From the NCBI GenBank assembly GCA_964016885.1, contig OZ024743.1, forward strand, positions 370,264,001-370,328,000: DNA of 64,000 nucleotides, given 5' to 3'. Positions 1 to 13,729 of this stretch are shown here, in pieces. Under the pieces are notes generated by a model. That model had not been told where the DNA came from. It saw nothing but the letters and a program-made list of their open reading frames with translations, and made no database searches. Origin of the DNA: Eledone cirrhosa (taxonomy: Eukaryota). The position numbers were made by a program, and so were the translations under genes. Position 1 is the first letter of the stretch, and each line of letters opens with the position of its first letter.

Positions 1-1549
1 CTTCTTCACCAAGCTATCGTTCTCTATCTTGTCTTTCCTCAAAACTTCCTTCTTCACCAAGCTATCGTTCTCTATCTTGTCATTCCTCAAAATTTCCTTC
101 TTCACCAAGCTATCGTTCCCTATCTTGTCTTTCCTCAAAATTTCCTTCTTCACCAAGCTATCGTTCTCTATCTTGTCTTTCCTCAAAATTTCCTTCTTCA
201 CCAAGCTATCGTTCTCTATCTTGTCTTTCCTCAAAATTTCATTTCTTTACCAAGCTATCGTTCTCTATCTTGTCTTTCCTCAAAATTTCCTTCTTCACCA
301 AGCTATCGTTCTCTATCTTGTCTTTCCTCAAAATTTCCTTCTTCACCAAGCTATCGTTCTCTATCTTGTCTTTCCTCAAAATTTCCTTCTTCACCAAGCT
401 ATCGTTCTCTATCTTGTCTTTCCTCAAAATTTCCTTCTTCACCAAGCTATCGTTCTCTATCTTGTCTTTCCTCAAAATTTCCTTCTTCACCAAGCTATCG
501 TTCTCTATCTTGTCTTTCCTCAACATTTCCTTCTTCACCAAGCTATCGTTCTCTATCTTGTCTTTCCTCAAAATTTCCTTCTTCACCAAGCTATCGTCCT
601 CTATCTTGTCTTTCCTCAAAATTTCCTTCTTCACCAAGTTATCGTTCTCTATCTTGTCTTTCCTCAAAATTTCCTTCTTCACCAAGCTATCGTCCTCTAT
701 CTTGTCTTTCCTCAAAATTTCCTTCTTCACCAAGTTATCGTTCTCTATCTTGTCTTTCCTCAAAATTTCCTTCTTCACCAAGCTATCGTTCTCTATCTTG
801 TCTTTCCTCAAAATTTCCTTCTTCACCAAGCTATCGTTCTCTATCTTGTCTTTCCTCAAAATTTCCCTCTTGACCAAGCTATCGTTCTCTATCTTGTCTT
901 TCCTCAAAATTTCCTTCTTCACCAAGCTATCGTTCTCTATCTTGTCTTTCCTCAAAATTTCCTTCTTCACCTAGCTATCGTTCTCTATCTTGTCTTTCCT
1001 CAAAATTTCCTTCTTCACCAAGCTATCGTTCTCTATCTTGTCTTTCCTCAAAATTTCCTTCTTCACCAAGCTATCGTTCTCTATCTTGTCTTTCCTCAAA
1101 ATTTCCTTCTTCACCAAGCTATCGTTCTCTATCTTGTCTTTCCTCAAAATTTCCTTCTTCACCAAGCTATCGTTCTCTATCTTGTCTTTCCTCAAAATTT
1201 CCTTCTTCACCAAGTTATCGTTCTCTATCTTGTCTTTCCTCAAAATTTCCTTCTTCACCAAGCTATCGTTCTCTATCTTGTCTTTCCTCAAAACGTACTT
1301 CTTCATCAAGCTATCGTTCTCTATCTTGTCTTTCCTCAAAATTTCCTTCTTCACCAAGCTATCGTTCTCTATCTTGTCTTTCCTCAAAACTTCCTTCTTC
1401 ACCAAGCTATCGTTCTCTATCTTGTCTTTCCTCAAAATTTCCTTCTTCACCAAGCTATCGTTCTCTATCTTGTCTTTCCTCAAAATTTCCCTCTTCACCA
1501 AACTATCGTTCTCTATCTTGTCTTTCCTCAAAATTTCCTTCTTCACCAA

Positions 1550-4500
1550 GCTATCGTTCTCTATCTTGTCTTTCCTCAAAATTTCCTCCTTCACCAAGCT
1601 ATCGTTCTCTATGTTGTCTTTCCTCAAGATTTCCTTCTTCACCAAGCTATCGTTCTCTATCTTGTCTTTCCTCAAAACTTCCTTCTTCACCAAGCTATCG
1701 TTCTCTATCTTGTCTTTCCTCAAAACTTCCTTCTTCAGCAAGCTATCGTTCTCTATCTTGTCTTTCCTCAAAACTTCCTTCTTCACCAAGCTATCGTTCT
1801 CTATCTTATCTTTCCTCAAAATTTCCTTCTTCACCAAGCTATCGTTCTCTATCTTGTCTTTCTTCAAAACTTCCTTCTTCACCAAGCTATCGTTCTCTAT
1901 CTTGTCTTTCCTCAAAATTTCCTTCTTCACCAAGCTATCGTTCTCTATCTTGTCTTTCCTCAAAATTTCCTTCTTCACCAAGCTATCGTTCTCTATCTTG
2001 TCTTTCCTCAAAATTTCCTTCTTCACCAAGCTATCGTTCTCTATCTTGTCTTTCCTCAAAATTTCCTTCTCCACCAAGCTATCGTTCTCTATCTTGTCTT
2101 TCCTCAAAATTTCCTTCTTCACCAAGCTATCGTTCTCTATCTTGTCTTTCCTCAAAATTTCCTTCTTCACCAAGCTATCGTTCTCTATCTTGCCTTTCCT
2201 CAAAATTTCCTTCTGCACCAAGCTATCGTTCTCTATCTTGTCTTTCCTCAAAATTTCTTTCTTCACCAAGCTATCGTTCTCTATCTTGTCTTTCCTCAAA
2301 ACTTCCTTCTTCACCAAGCTATCGTTCTCTATCTTGTCTTTCCTCAAAATTTCCTTCTCCACCAAGCTATCGTTCTCTATCTTGTCTTTCCTCAAAATTT
2401 CCTTCTTCACCAAGCTATCGTTCTCTATCTTGTCTTTCCTCAAAATTTCCTTCTTCACCAAGCTATCGTTCTCTATCTTGCCTTTCCTCAAAATTTCCTT
2501 CTTCACCAAGCTATCGTTCTCTATCTTGTCTTTCCTCAAAATTTCCTTCTTCACCAAGCTATCGTTCTCTATCTTGTCTTTCCTCAAAATTTCCTTCTTC
2601 ACCAAGCTATCGTTCTCTATCTTGTCTTTCCTCAAAATTTCCTTCTTCACCAAGCTATCGTTCTCTATCTCGTCTTTCCTCAAAATTTCCTTCTTCACCA
2701 AGCTATCGTTCTCTATCTTGTCTTTCCTCAAAATTTCCTTCTTCACCAAGCTATCGTTCTCTATCTTGTCTTTCCTCAAAACTTCCTTCTTCACCAAGCT
2801 ATCGTTCTCTATCTTGTCATTCCTCAAAATTTCCTTCTTCACCAAGCTATCGTTCCCTATCTTGTCTTTCCTCAAAATTTCCTTCTTCACCAAGCTATCG
2901 TTCTCTATCTTGTCTTTCCTCAAAATTTCCTTCTTCACCAAGCTATCGTTCTCTATCTTGTCTTTCCTCAAAATTTCATTTCTTTACCAAGCTATCGTTC
3001 TCTATCTTGTCTTTCCTCAAAATTTCCTTCTTCACCAAGCTATCGTTCTCTATCTTGTCTTTCCTCAAAATTTCCTTCTTCACCAAGCTATCGTTCTCTA
3101 TCTTGTCTTTCCTCAAAATTTCCTTCTTCACCAAGCTATCGTTCTCTATCTTGTCTTTCCTCAAAATTTCCTTCTTCACCAAGCTATCGTTCTCTATCTT
3201 GTCTTTCCTCAAAATTTCCTTCTTCACCAAGCTATCGTTCTCTATCTTGTCTTTCCTCAACATTTCCTTCTTCACCAAGCTATCGTTCTCTATCTTGTCT
3301 TTCCTCAAAATTTCCTTCTTCACCAAGCTATCGTCCTCTATCTTGTCTTTCCTCAAAATTTCCTTCTTCACCAAGTTATCGTTCTCTATCTTGTCTTTCC
3401 TCAAAATTTCCTTCTTCACCAAGCTATCGTCCTCTATCTTGTCTTTCCTCAAAATTTCCTTCTTCACCAAGTTATCGTTCTCTATCTTGTCTTTCCTCAA
3501 AATTTCCTTCTTCACCAAGCTATCGTTCTCTATCTTGTCTTTCCTCAAAATTTCCTTCTTCACCAAGCTATCGTTCTCTATCTTGTCTTTCCTCAAAATT
3601 TCCCTCTTGACCAAGCTATCGTTCTCTATCTTGTCTTTCCTCAAAATTTCCTTCTTCACCAAGCTATCGTTCTCTATCTTGTCTTTCCTCAAAATTTCCT
3701 CCTTCACCAAGCTATCGTTCTCTATGTTGTCTTTCCTCAAGATTTCCTTCTTCACCAAGCTATCGTTCTCTATCTTGTCTTTCCTCAAAACTTCCTTCTT
3801 CACCAAGCTATCGTTCTCTATCTTGTCTTTCCTCAAAACTTCCTTCTTCAGCAAGCTATCGTTCTCTATCTTGTCTTTCCTCAAAACTTCCTTCTTCACC
3901 AAGCTATCGTTCTCTATCTTATCTTTCCTCAAAATTTCCTTCTTCACCAAGCTATCGTTCTCTATCTTGTCTTTCTTCAAAACTTCCTTCTTCACCAAGC
4001 TATCGTTCTCTATCTTGTCTTTCCTCAAAATTTCCTTCTTCACCAAGCTATCGTTCTCTATCTTGTCTTTCCTCAAAATTTCCTTCTTCACCAAGCTATC
4101 GTTCTCTATCTTGTCTTTCCTCAAAATTTCCTTCTTCACCAAGCTATCGTTCTCTATCTTGTCTTTCCTCAAAATTTCCTTCTCCACCAAGCTATCGTTC
4201 TCTATCTTGTCTTTCCTCAAAATTTCCTTCTTCACCAAGCTATCGTTCTCTATCTTGTCTTTCCTCAAAATTTCCTTCTTCACCAAGCTATCGTTCTCTA
4301 TCTTGCCTTTCCTCAAAATTTCCTTCTGCACCAAGCTATCGTTCTCTATCTTGTCTTTCCTCAAAATTTCTTTCTTCACCAAGCTATCGTTCTCTATCTT
4401 GTCTTTCCTCAAAACTTCCTTCTTCACCAAGCTATCGTTCTCTATCTTGTCTTTCCTCAAAATTTCCTTCTCCACCAAGCTATCGTTCTCTATCTTGTCT

Positions 4501-5800
4501 TTCCTCAAAATTTCCTTCTTCACCAAGCTATCGTTCTCTATCTTGTCTTTCCTCAAAATTTCCTTCTTCACCAAGCTATCGTTCTCTATCTTGCCTTTCC
4601 TCAAAATTTCCTTCTTCACCAAGCTATCGTTCTCTATCTTGTCTTTCCTCAAAATTTCCTTCTTCACCAAGCTATCGTTCTCTATCTTGTCTTTCCTCAA
4701 AATTTCCTTCTTCACCAAGCTATCGTTCTCTATCTTGTCTTTCCTCAAAATTTCCTTCTTCACCAAGCTATCGTTCTCTATCTCGTCTTTCCTCAAAATT
4801 TCCTTCTTCACCAAGCTATCGTTCTCTATCTTGTCTTTCCTCAAAATTTCCTTCTTCACCAAGCTATCGTTCTCTATCTTGTCTTTCCTCAAAACTTCCT
4901 TCTTCACCAAGCTATCGTTCTCTATCTTGTCATTCCTCAAAATTTCCTTCTTCACCAAGCTATCGTTCCCTATCTTGTCTTTCCTCAAAATTTCCTTCTT
5001 CACCAAGCTATCGTTCTCTATCTTGTCTTTCCTCAAAATTTCCTTCTTCACCAAGCTATCGTTCTCTATCTTGTCTTTCCTCAAAATTTCATTTCTTTAC
5101 CAAGCTATCGTTCTCTATCTTGTCTTTCCTCAAAATTTCCTTCTTCACCAAGCTATCGTTCTCTATCTTGTCTTTCCTCAAAATTTCCTTCTTCACCAAG
5201 CTATCGTTCTCTATCTTGTCTTTCCTCAAAATTTCCTTCTTCACCAAGCTATCGTTCTCTATCTTGTCTTTCCTCAAAATTTCCTTCTTCACCAAGCTAT
5301 CGTTCTCTATCTTGTCTTTCCTCAAAATTTCCTTCTTCACCAAGCTATCGTTCTCTATCTTGTCTTTCCTCAACATTTCCTTCTTCACCAAGCTATCGTT
5401 CTCTATCTTGTCTTTCCTCAAAATTTCCTTCTTCACCAAGCTATCGTCCTCTATCTTGTCTTTCCTCAAAATTTCCTTCTTCACCAAGTTATCGTTCTCT
5501 ATCTTGTCTTTCCTCAAAATTTCCTTCTTCACCAAGCTATCGTCCTCTATCTTGTCTTTCCTCAAAATTTCCTTCTTCACCAAGTTATCGTTCTCTATCT
5601 TGTCTTTCCTCAAAATTTCCTTCTTCACCAAGCTATCGTTCTCTATCTTGTCTTTCCTCAAAATTTCCTTCTTCACCAAGCTATCGTTCTCTATCTTGTC
5701 TTTCCTCAAAATTTCCCTCTTGACCAAGCTATCGTTCTCTATCTTGTCTTTCCTCAAAATTTCCTTCTTCACCAAGCTATCGTTCTCTATCTTGTCTTTC
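1550..5800. repeat. Tandem higher-order duplication of a 2113-bp (44-monomer) block
   Basis: The variant series matches at offset 2113: cctcctt 1588/3701, atgttg 1613/3726, ctgcacc 2215/4328, atctcgt 2671/4784, 49-bp marker 2976/5089, ttgacc 3610/5723. Confidence 0.9.
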
Positions 5801-8800
5801 CTCAAAATTTCCTTCTTCACCTAGCTATCGTTCTCTATCTTGTCTTTCCTCAAAATTTCCTTCTTCACCAAGCTATCGTTCTCTATCTTGTCTTTCCTCA
5901 AAATTTCCTTCTTCACCAAGCTATCGTTCTCTATCTTGTCTTTCCTCAAAATTTCCTTCTTCACCAAGCTATCGTTCTCTATCTTGTCTTTCCTCAAAAT
6001 TTCCTTCTTCACCAAGCTATCGTTCTCTATCTTGTCTTTCCTCAAAATTTCCTTCTTCACCAAGTTATCGTTCTCTATCTTGTCTTTCCTCAAAATTTCC
6101 TTCTTCACCAAGCTATCGTTCTCTATCTTGTCTTTCCTCAAAACGTACTTCTTCATCAAGCTATCGTTCTCTATCTTGTCTTTCCTCAAAATTTCCTTCT
6201 TCACCAAGCTATCGTTCTCTATCTTGTCTTTCCTCAAAACTTCCTTCTTCACCAAGCTATCGTTCTCTATCTTGTCTTTCCTCAAAATTTCCTTCTTCAC
6301 CAAGCTATCGTTCTCTATCTTGTCTTTCCTCAAAATTTCCCTCTTCACCAAACTATCGTTCTCTATCTTGTCTTTCCTCAAAATTTCCTTCTTCACCAAG
6401 CTATCGTTCTCTATCTTGTCTTTCCTCAAAATTTCCTCCTTCACCAAGCTATCGTTCTCTATGTTGTCTTTCCTCAAGATTTCCTTCTTCACCAAGCTAT
6501 CGTTCTCTATCTTGTCTTTCCTCAAAACTTCCTTCTTCACCAAGCTATCGTTCTCTATCTTGTCTTTCCTCAAAACTTCCTTCTTCAGCAAGCTATCGTT
6601 CTCTATCTTGTCTTTCCTCAAAACTTCCTTCTTCACCAAGCTATCGTTCTCTATCTTATCTTTCCTCAAAATTTCCTTCTTCACCAAGCTATCGTTCTCT
6701 ATCTTGTCTTTCTTCAAAACTTCCTTCTTCACCAAGCTATCGTTCTCTATCTTGTCTTTCCTCAAAATTTCCTTCTTCACCAAGCTATCGTTCTCTATCT
6801 TGTCTTTCCTCAAAATTTCCTTCTTCACCAAGCTATCGTTCTCTATCTTGTCTTTCCTCAAAATTTCCTTCTTCACCAAGCTATCGTTCTCTATCTTGTC
6901 TTTCCTCAAAATTTCCTTCTCCACCAAGCTATCGTTCTCTATCTTGTCTTTCCTCAAAATTTCCTTCTTCACCAAGCTATCGTTCTCTATCTTGTCTTTC
7001 CTCAAAATTTCCTTCTTCACCAAGCTATCGTTCTCTATCTTGCCTTTCCTCAAAATTTCCTTCTGCACCAAGCTATCGTTCTCTATCTTGTCTTTCCTCA
7101 AAATTTCTTTCTTCACCAAGCTATCGTTCTCTATCTTGTCTTTCCTCAAAACTTCCTTCTTCACCAAGCTATCGTTCTCTATCTTGTCTTTCCTCAAAAT
7201 TTCCTTCTTCACCAAGCTATCGTTCTCTATCTTGTCTTTCCTCAAAATTTCCTTCTTCACCAAGCTATCGTTCTCTATCTTGTCTTTCCTCAAAATTTCC
7301 TTCTTCACCAAGCTATCGTTCTCTATCTTGTCTTTCCTCAAAATTTCCTTCTTCACCAAGCTATCGTTCTCTATCTTGTCTTTCCTCAAAATTTCCTTCT
7401 TCACCAAGCTATCGTTCTCTATCTTGTCTTTCCTCAAAATTTCCTTCTTCACCAAGCTATCGTTCTCTATCTTGTCTTTCCTCAAAATTTCCTTCTTCGC
7501 CAAGCTATCATTCTCTATCTTGTCTTTCCTCAAAATTTCCTTCTTCACCAAGCTATCGTTCTCTATCTTGTCTTTCCTCAGAACTTCCTTCTTCACCAAG
7601 CTATCGTTCTCTATCTTGTCTTTCCTCAAAACTTCCTTCTTCAGCAAGCTATCGTTCTCTATCTTGTCTTTCCTCAAAACTTCCTTCTTCACCAAGCTAT
7701 CGTTCTCTATCTTGTCTTTCCTCAAAATTTCCTTCTTCACCAAGCTATCGTTCTCTATCTTGTCTTTCCTCAAAACTTCCTTCTTCACCAAGCTATCGTT
7801 CTCTATCTTGTCTTTCCTCAAAACTTCCTTCTTCAGCAAGCTATCGTTCTCTATCTTGTCTTTCCTCAAAACTTCCTTCTTCACCAAGCTATCGTTCTCT
7901 ATCTTATCTTTCCTTAAAATTTCTTTCTTCACCAAGCTATCGTTCTCTATCTTGTCTTTCTTCAAAACTTCCTTCTTCACCAAGCTATCGTTCTCTATCT
8001 TGTCTTTCCTCAAAATTTCCTTCTTCACCAAGCTATCGTTCTCTATCTTGTCTTTCCTCAAAATTTCCTTCTTCACCAAGCTATCGTTCTCTATCTTGTC
8101 TTTCCTCAAAATTTCCTTCTCCACCAAGCTATCGTTCTCTATCTTGTCTTTCCTCAAAATTTCCTTCTTCACCAAGCTATCGTTCTCTATCTTGTCTTTC
8201 CTCAAAATTTCCTTCTTCACCAAGCTATCGTTCTCTATCTTGCCTTTCCTCAAAATTTCCTTCTGCACCAAGCTATCGTTCTCTATCTTGTCTTTCCTCA
8301 AAATTTCCTTCTTCACCAAGCTATCGTTCTCTATCTTGTCTTTCCTCAAAACTTCCTTCTTCACCAAGCTATCGTTCTCTATCTTGTCTTTCCTCAGAAC
8401 TTCCTTCTTCACCAAGCTATCGTTCTCTATCTTGTCTTTCCTCAAAACTTCCTTCTTCAGCAAACTATCGTTCTCTATCTTGTCTTTCCTCAAAACTTCC
8501 TTCTTCACCAAGCTATCGTTCTCTATCTTGTCTTTCCTCAAAATTTCCTTCTTCACCAAGCTATCGTTCTCTATCTTGTCTTTCTTCAAAACTTCCTTCT
8601 TCACCAAGCTATCGTTCTCTATCTTGTCTTTCCTCAAAATTTCCTTCTTCACCAAGCTATCGTTCTCTATCTTGTCTTTCCTCAAAATTTCCTTCTTCAC
8701 CAAGCTATCGTTCTCTATCTTGTCTTTCCTCAAAATTTCCTTCTTCACCAAGCTATCGTTCTCTATCTTGTCTTTCCTCAAAATTTCCTTCTTCACCAAG

Positions 8801-11800
8801 CTATCGTTCTCTATCTTGTCTTTCCTCAAGATTTCCTTCTTCACCAAGCTACTGTTCTCTATCTTGTCTTTCCTCAAAATTTCCTTCTTCACCAAGCTAT
8901 CGTTCTCTATCTTGTCTTTCCTCAAAACTTCCTTCTTCACCAAGCTATCGTTCTCTATCTTGTCTTTCCTCAAAATTTCCTTCTTCACCAAGCTATCGTT
9001 CTCTATCTTGTCTTTCCTCAAAATTTCCTTCTTCACCAAGCTATCGTTCTCTATCTTGTCTTTTCTCAAAATTTCCTTCTTCACGAAGCTATCGTTCTCT
9101 ATCTTGTCTTTCCTCAAAATTTCCTTCTTCACCAAGCTATCGTTCTCTATCTTGTCTTTCCTCAAAATTTCCTTCTTCCCCAAGCTATCGTTCTCTATCT
9201 TGTCTTTCCTCAAAATTTCCTTCTTCACCAAGCTATCGTTCTCTATCTTGTCTTTCCTCAAAATTTCCTTCTTCACCAAGCTATCGTTCTCTATCTTGTC
9301 TTTCCCCAAAATTTCCTTCTTCACCAAGCTATCGTTATCTATCTTGTCTTTCCTCAAAATTTCCTTCTTCACCAAGCTATCGTTCTCTATCTTGTCTTTC
9401 CTCAAAACTTCCTTCTTCACCAAGCTATCGTTCTCTATCTTGTCTTTCCTCAAAATTTCCTTCTTCACCAAGCTATCGTTCTCTATCATGTCTTTCCTCA
9501 AAATTTCCATCTTCACCAAGCTATCGTTCTCTATCTTGTCTTTCCTCAAAATTTCCTTCTTCACCAAGCTATCGTTCTCTATCTTGTCTTTCCTCAAAAT
9601 TTCCTTCTTCACCAAGCTATCGTTCTCTATCTTGTCTTTCCTCAAAATTTCCTTCTTCACCAAGCTATCGTTCTCTATCTTGTCTTTCCTCAAAACTTCC
9701 TTCTTCACCAAGCTATCGTTCTCTATCTTGTCTTTCCTCAAAATTTCCTTCTTCCTCAAGCTATCGTTCTCTATCTTGTCTTTCCTCAAAACTTCCTTCT
9801 TCACCAAGCTATCGTTCTCTATCTTGTCTTTCCTCAAAATTTCCTTCTTCACCAAGCTATCGTTCTCTATCTTGTCTTTCCTCAAAATTTCCTTCTCCAC
9901 CAAGCTATCGTTCTCTATCTTGTCTTTCCTCAAAATTTCCTTCTTCACCAAGCTATCGTTCTCTATCTTGTCTTTCCTCAAAATTTCCTTCTTCACCAAG
10001 CTATCGTTCTCTATCTTGTCTTACCTCAAAACTTCCTTCTTCACCAAGCTATCGTTCTCTATCTTGTCTTTCCTCAAAATTTCCTTCTTCACCAAGCTAT
10101 CGTTCTCTATCTTGTCTTTCCTCAAAATTTCCTTCTTCACCAAGCTATCGTTCTCTATCTTGTCTTTCCTCAAAATTTCTTTCTTCACCAAGCTATCGTT
10201 CTCTATCATGTCTTTCCTCAAAATTTCCTTCTTCACCAAGCTATCGTTCTCTATCTTGTCTTTCCTCAAAATTTCCTTCTTCACCAAGCTATCGTTCTCT
10301 ATCTTGTCTTTCCTCAAAATTTCCTTCTTCACCAAGCTATCGTTCTCTATCTTGTCTTTCCTCAAAATTTCCTTCTTCACCAAGCTATCGTTCTCTATCT
10401 TGTCTTTCCTCAAAATTTCCTTCTTCACCAAGCTATCGTTCTCTATCTTGTCTTTCCTCAAAATTTCCTTCTTCACCAAGCTATCGTTCTCTATCTTGTC
10501 TTTCCTCAAAATTTCCTTCTTCACCAAGCAATTGTTCTCTATCTTGTCTTTCCTCAAAATTTCCTTCTTCACCAAGCTATCGTTCTCTATCTTGTCTTTC
10601 CTCAAAATTTCCTTCTTCACCAAGCTATCGTTCTCTATCTTGTCTTTCCTCAAAATTTCCTTCTTCACCAAGCTATCGTTCTCTATCTTGTCTTTCCTCA
10701 AAATTTCCTCCTACACCAAGCTATCGTTCTCTATCTTGTCTTTCCTCAAAATTTCCTTCTTCACCAAGCTATCGTTCTCTATCTTGTCTTTCCTCAAAAT
10801 TTCCTTCTTCACCAAGCTATCGTTCTCTATCTTGTCTTTCCTCAAAATTTCCTTCTTCACCAAGCTATCGTTCTCTATCTTGTCTTTCCTCAAAATTTCC
10901 TTCTTCACCAAGCTATCGTTCTCTATCTTGTCTTTCCTCAAAACTTCCTTCTTCACCAAGCTATCGTTCTCTATCTTGTCTTTCCTCAAAATTTCCTTCT
11001 TCACCAAGCTATCGTTCTCTATCTTGTCTTACCTCAAAACTTCCTTCTTCACCAAGCTATCGTTCTCTATCTTGTCTTTCCTCAAAATTTCCTTCTTCAC
11101 CAAGCTATCGTTCTCTATCTTGTCTTTCCTCAAAACTTCCTTCTTCACCAAGCTATCGTTCTCTATCTTGTCTTTCCTCAAAATTTCCTTTTTCACCAAG
11201 CTATCGTTCTCTACCTTGTCTTTCCTCAAAATTTCCTTCTTCACCAAGCTATCGTTCTCTATTTTGTCTTTCCTCAAAACTTCCTTCTTCACCAAGTTAT
11301 CGTTCTCTATCTTGTCTTTCCTCAAAACTTCCTTCTTCACCAAGCTATCGTTCTCTATCTTGTCTTTCCTCAAAACTTCCTTCTTCACCAAGCTATCGTT
11401 CTCTATCTTGTCTTTCCTCAAAACTTCCTTCTTCACCAAGCTATCGTTCTCTATCTTGTCTTTCCTCAAAACTTCCTTCTTCACCAAGCTATCGTTCTCT
11501 ATCTTGTCTTTCCTCAAAACTTCCTTCTTCACCAAGCTATCGTTCTCTATCTTGTCTTTCCTCAAAACTTCCTTCTTCACCAAGCTATCGTTCTCTATCT
11601 TGTCTTTCCTCAAAATTTCCTTCTTCACCAAGCTATCGTTCTCTATCTTGTCTTTCCTCAAAATTTCCTTCTTCACCAAGCTATCGTTCTCTATCATGTC
11701 TTTCCTCAAAATTTCCATCTTCACCAAGCTATCGTTCTCTATCTTGTCTTTCCTCAAAATTTCCTTCTTCACCAAGCTATCGTTCTCTATCTTGTCTTTC

Positions 11801-13729
11801 CTCAAAATTTCCTTCTTCACCAAGCTATCGTTCTCTATCTTGTCTTTCCTCAAAATTTCCTTCTTCACCAAGCTATCGTTCTCTATCTTGTCTTTCCTCA
11901 AAACTTCCTTCTTCACCAAGCTATCGTTCTCTATCTTGTCTTTCCTCAAAATTTCCTTCTTCACCAAGCTATCGTTCTCTATCTTGTCTTTCCTCAAAAC
12001 TTCCTTCTTCACCAAGCTATCGTTCTCTATCTTGTCTTTCCTCAAAATTTCCTTCTTCACCAAGCTATCGTTCTCTATCTTGTCTTTCCTCAAAATTTCC
12101 TTCTCCACCAAGCTATCGTTCTCTATCTTGTCTTTCCTCAAAATTTCCTTCTTCACCAAGCTATCGTTCTCTATCTTGTCTTTCCTCAAAATTTCCTTCT
12201 TCACCAAGCTATCGTTCTCTATCTTGTCTTTCCTCAAAACTTCCTTCTTCACCAAGCTATCGTTCTCTATCTTGTCTTTCCTCAAAATTTCCTTCTTCAC
12301 CAAGCTATCGTTCTCTATCTTGTCTTTCCTCAAAATTTCCTTCTTCACCAAGCTATCGTTCTCTATCTTGTCTTTCCTCAAAATTTCTTTCTTCACCAAG
12401 CTATCGTTCTCTATCATGTCTTTCCTCAAAACTTCCTTCTTCACCAAGCTATCGTTCTCTATCTTGTCTTTCCTCAAAATTTCCTTCTTCACCAAGCTAT
12501 CGTTCTCTATCTTGTCTTTCCTCAAAATTTCCTTCTTCACCAAGCTATCGTTCTCTATCTTGTCTTTCCTCAAAATTTCCTTCTTCACCAAGCTATCGTT
12601 CTCTATCTTGTCTTTCCTCAAAATTTCCTTCTTCACCAAGCTATCGTTCTCTATCTTGTCTTTCCTCAAAATTTCCTTCTTCACCAAGCTATCGTTCTCT
12701 ATCTTGTCTTTCCTCAAAATTTCCTTCTTCACCAAGCTATTGTTCTCTATCTTGTCTTTCCTCAAAATTTCCTTCTTCACCAAGCTATCGTTCTCTATCT
12801 TGTCTTTCCTCAAAATTTCCTTCTTCACCAAGCTATTGTTCTCTATCTTGTCTTTCCTCAAAATTTCCTTCTTCACCAAGCTATCGTTCTCTATCTTGTC
12901 TTTCCTCAAAATTTCCTCCTACACCAAGCTATCGTTCCCTATCTTGTCTTTCCTCAAAATTTCCTTCTTCACCAAGCTATCGTTCTCTATCTTGTCTTTC
13001 CTCAAAATTTCCTTCTTCACCAAGCTATCGTTCTCTATCTTGTCTTTCCTCAAAATTTCCTTCTTCACCAAGCTATCGTTCTCTATCTTGTCTTTCCTCA
13101 AAATTTCCTTGTTCACCAAGCTATCGTTCTCTATCTTGTCTTTCCTCAAAACTTCCTTCTTCACCAAGCTATCGTTCTCTATCTTGTCTTTCCTCAAAAT
13201 TTCCTTCTTCACCAAGCTATCGTTCTCTATCTTGTCTTACCTCAAAACTTCCTTCTTCACCAAGCTATCGTTCTCTATCTTGTCTTTCCTCAAAATTTCC
13301 TTCTTCACCAAGCTATCGTTCTCTATCTTGTCTTTCCTCAAAACTTCCTTCTTCACCAAGCTATCGTTCTCTATCTTGTCTTTCCTCAAAATTTCCTTTT
13401 TCACCAAGCTATCGTTCTCTACCTTGTCTTTCCTCAAAATTTCCTTCTTCACCAAGCTATCGTTCTCTATTTTGTCTTTCCTCAAAACTTCCTTCTTCAC
13501 CAAGCTATCGTTCTCTATCTTGTCTTTCCTCAAAACTTCCTTCTTCACCAAGCTATCGTTCTCTATCTTGTCTTTCCTCAAAATTTCCTTCTTCACCAAG
13601 CTATCGTTCTCTATCTTGTCTTTCCTCAAAATTTCCTTCTTCACCAAGCTATCGTTCTCTATCTTGTCTTTCCTCAAAATTTCCTTGTTCACCAAGCTAT
13701 CGTTCTCTATCTTGTCTTTCCTCAAAATT

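Noticed and set aside
10-31. Hairpin caag...cttg within the monomer (terminator or structured RNA)
   Set aside because: Only a 4-bp perfect stem, and no compensatory variants were seen.
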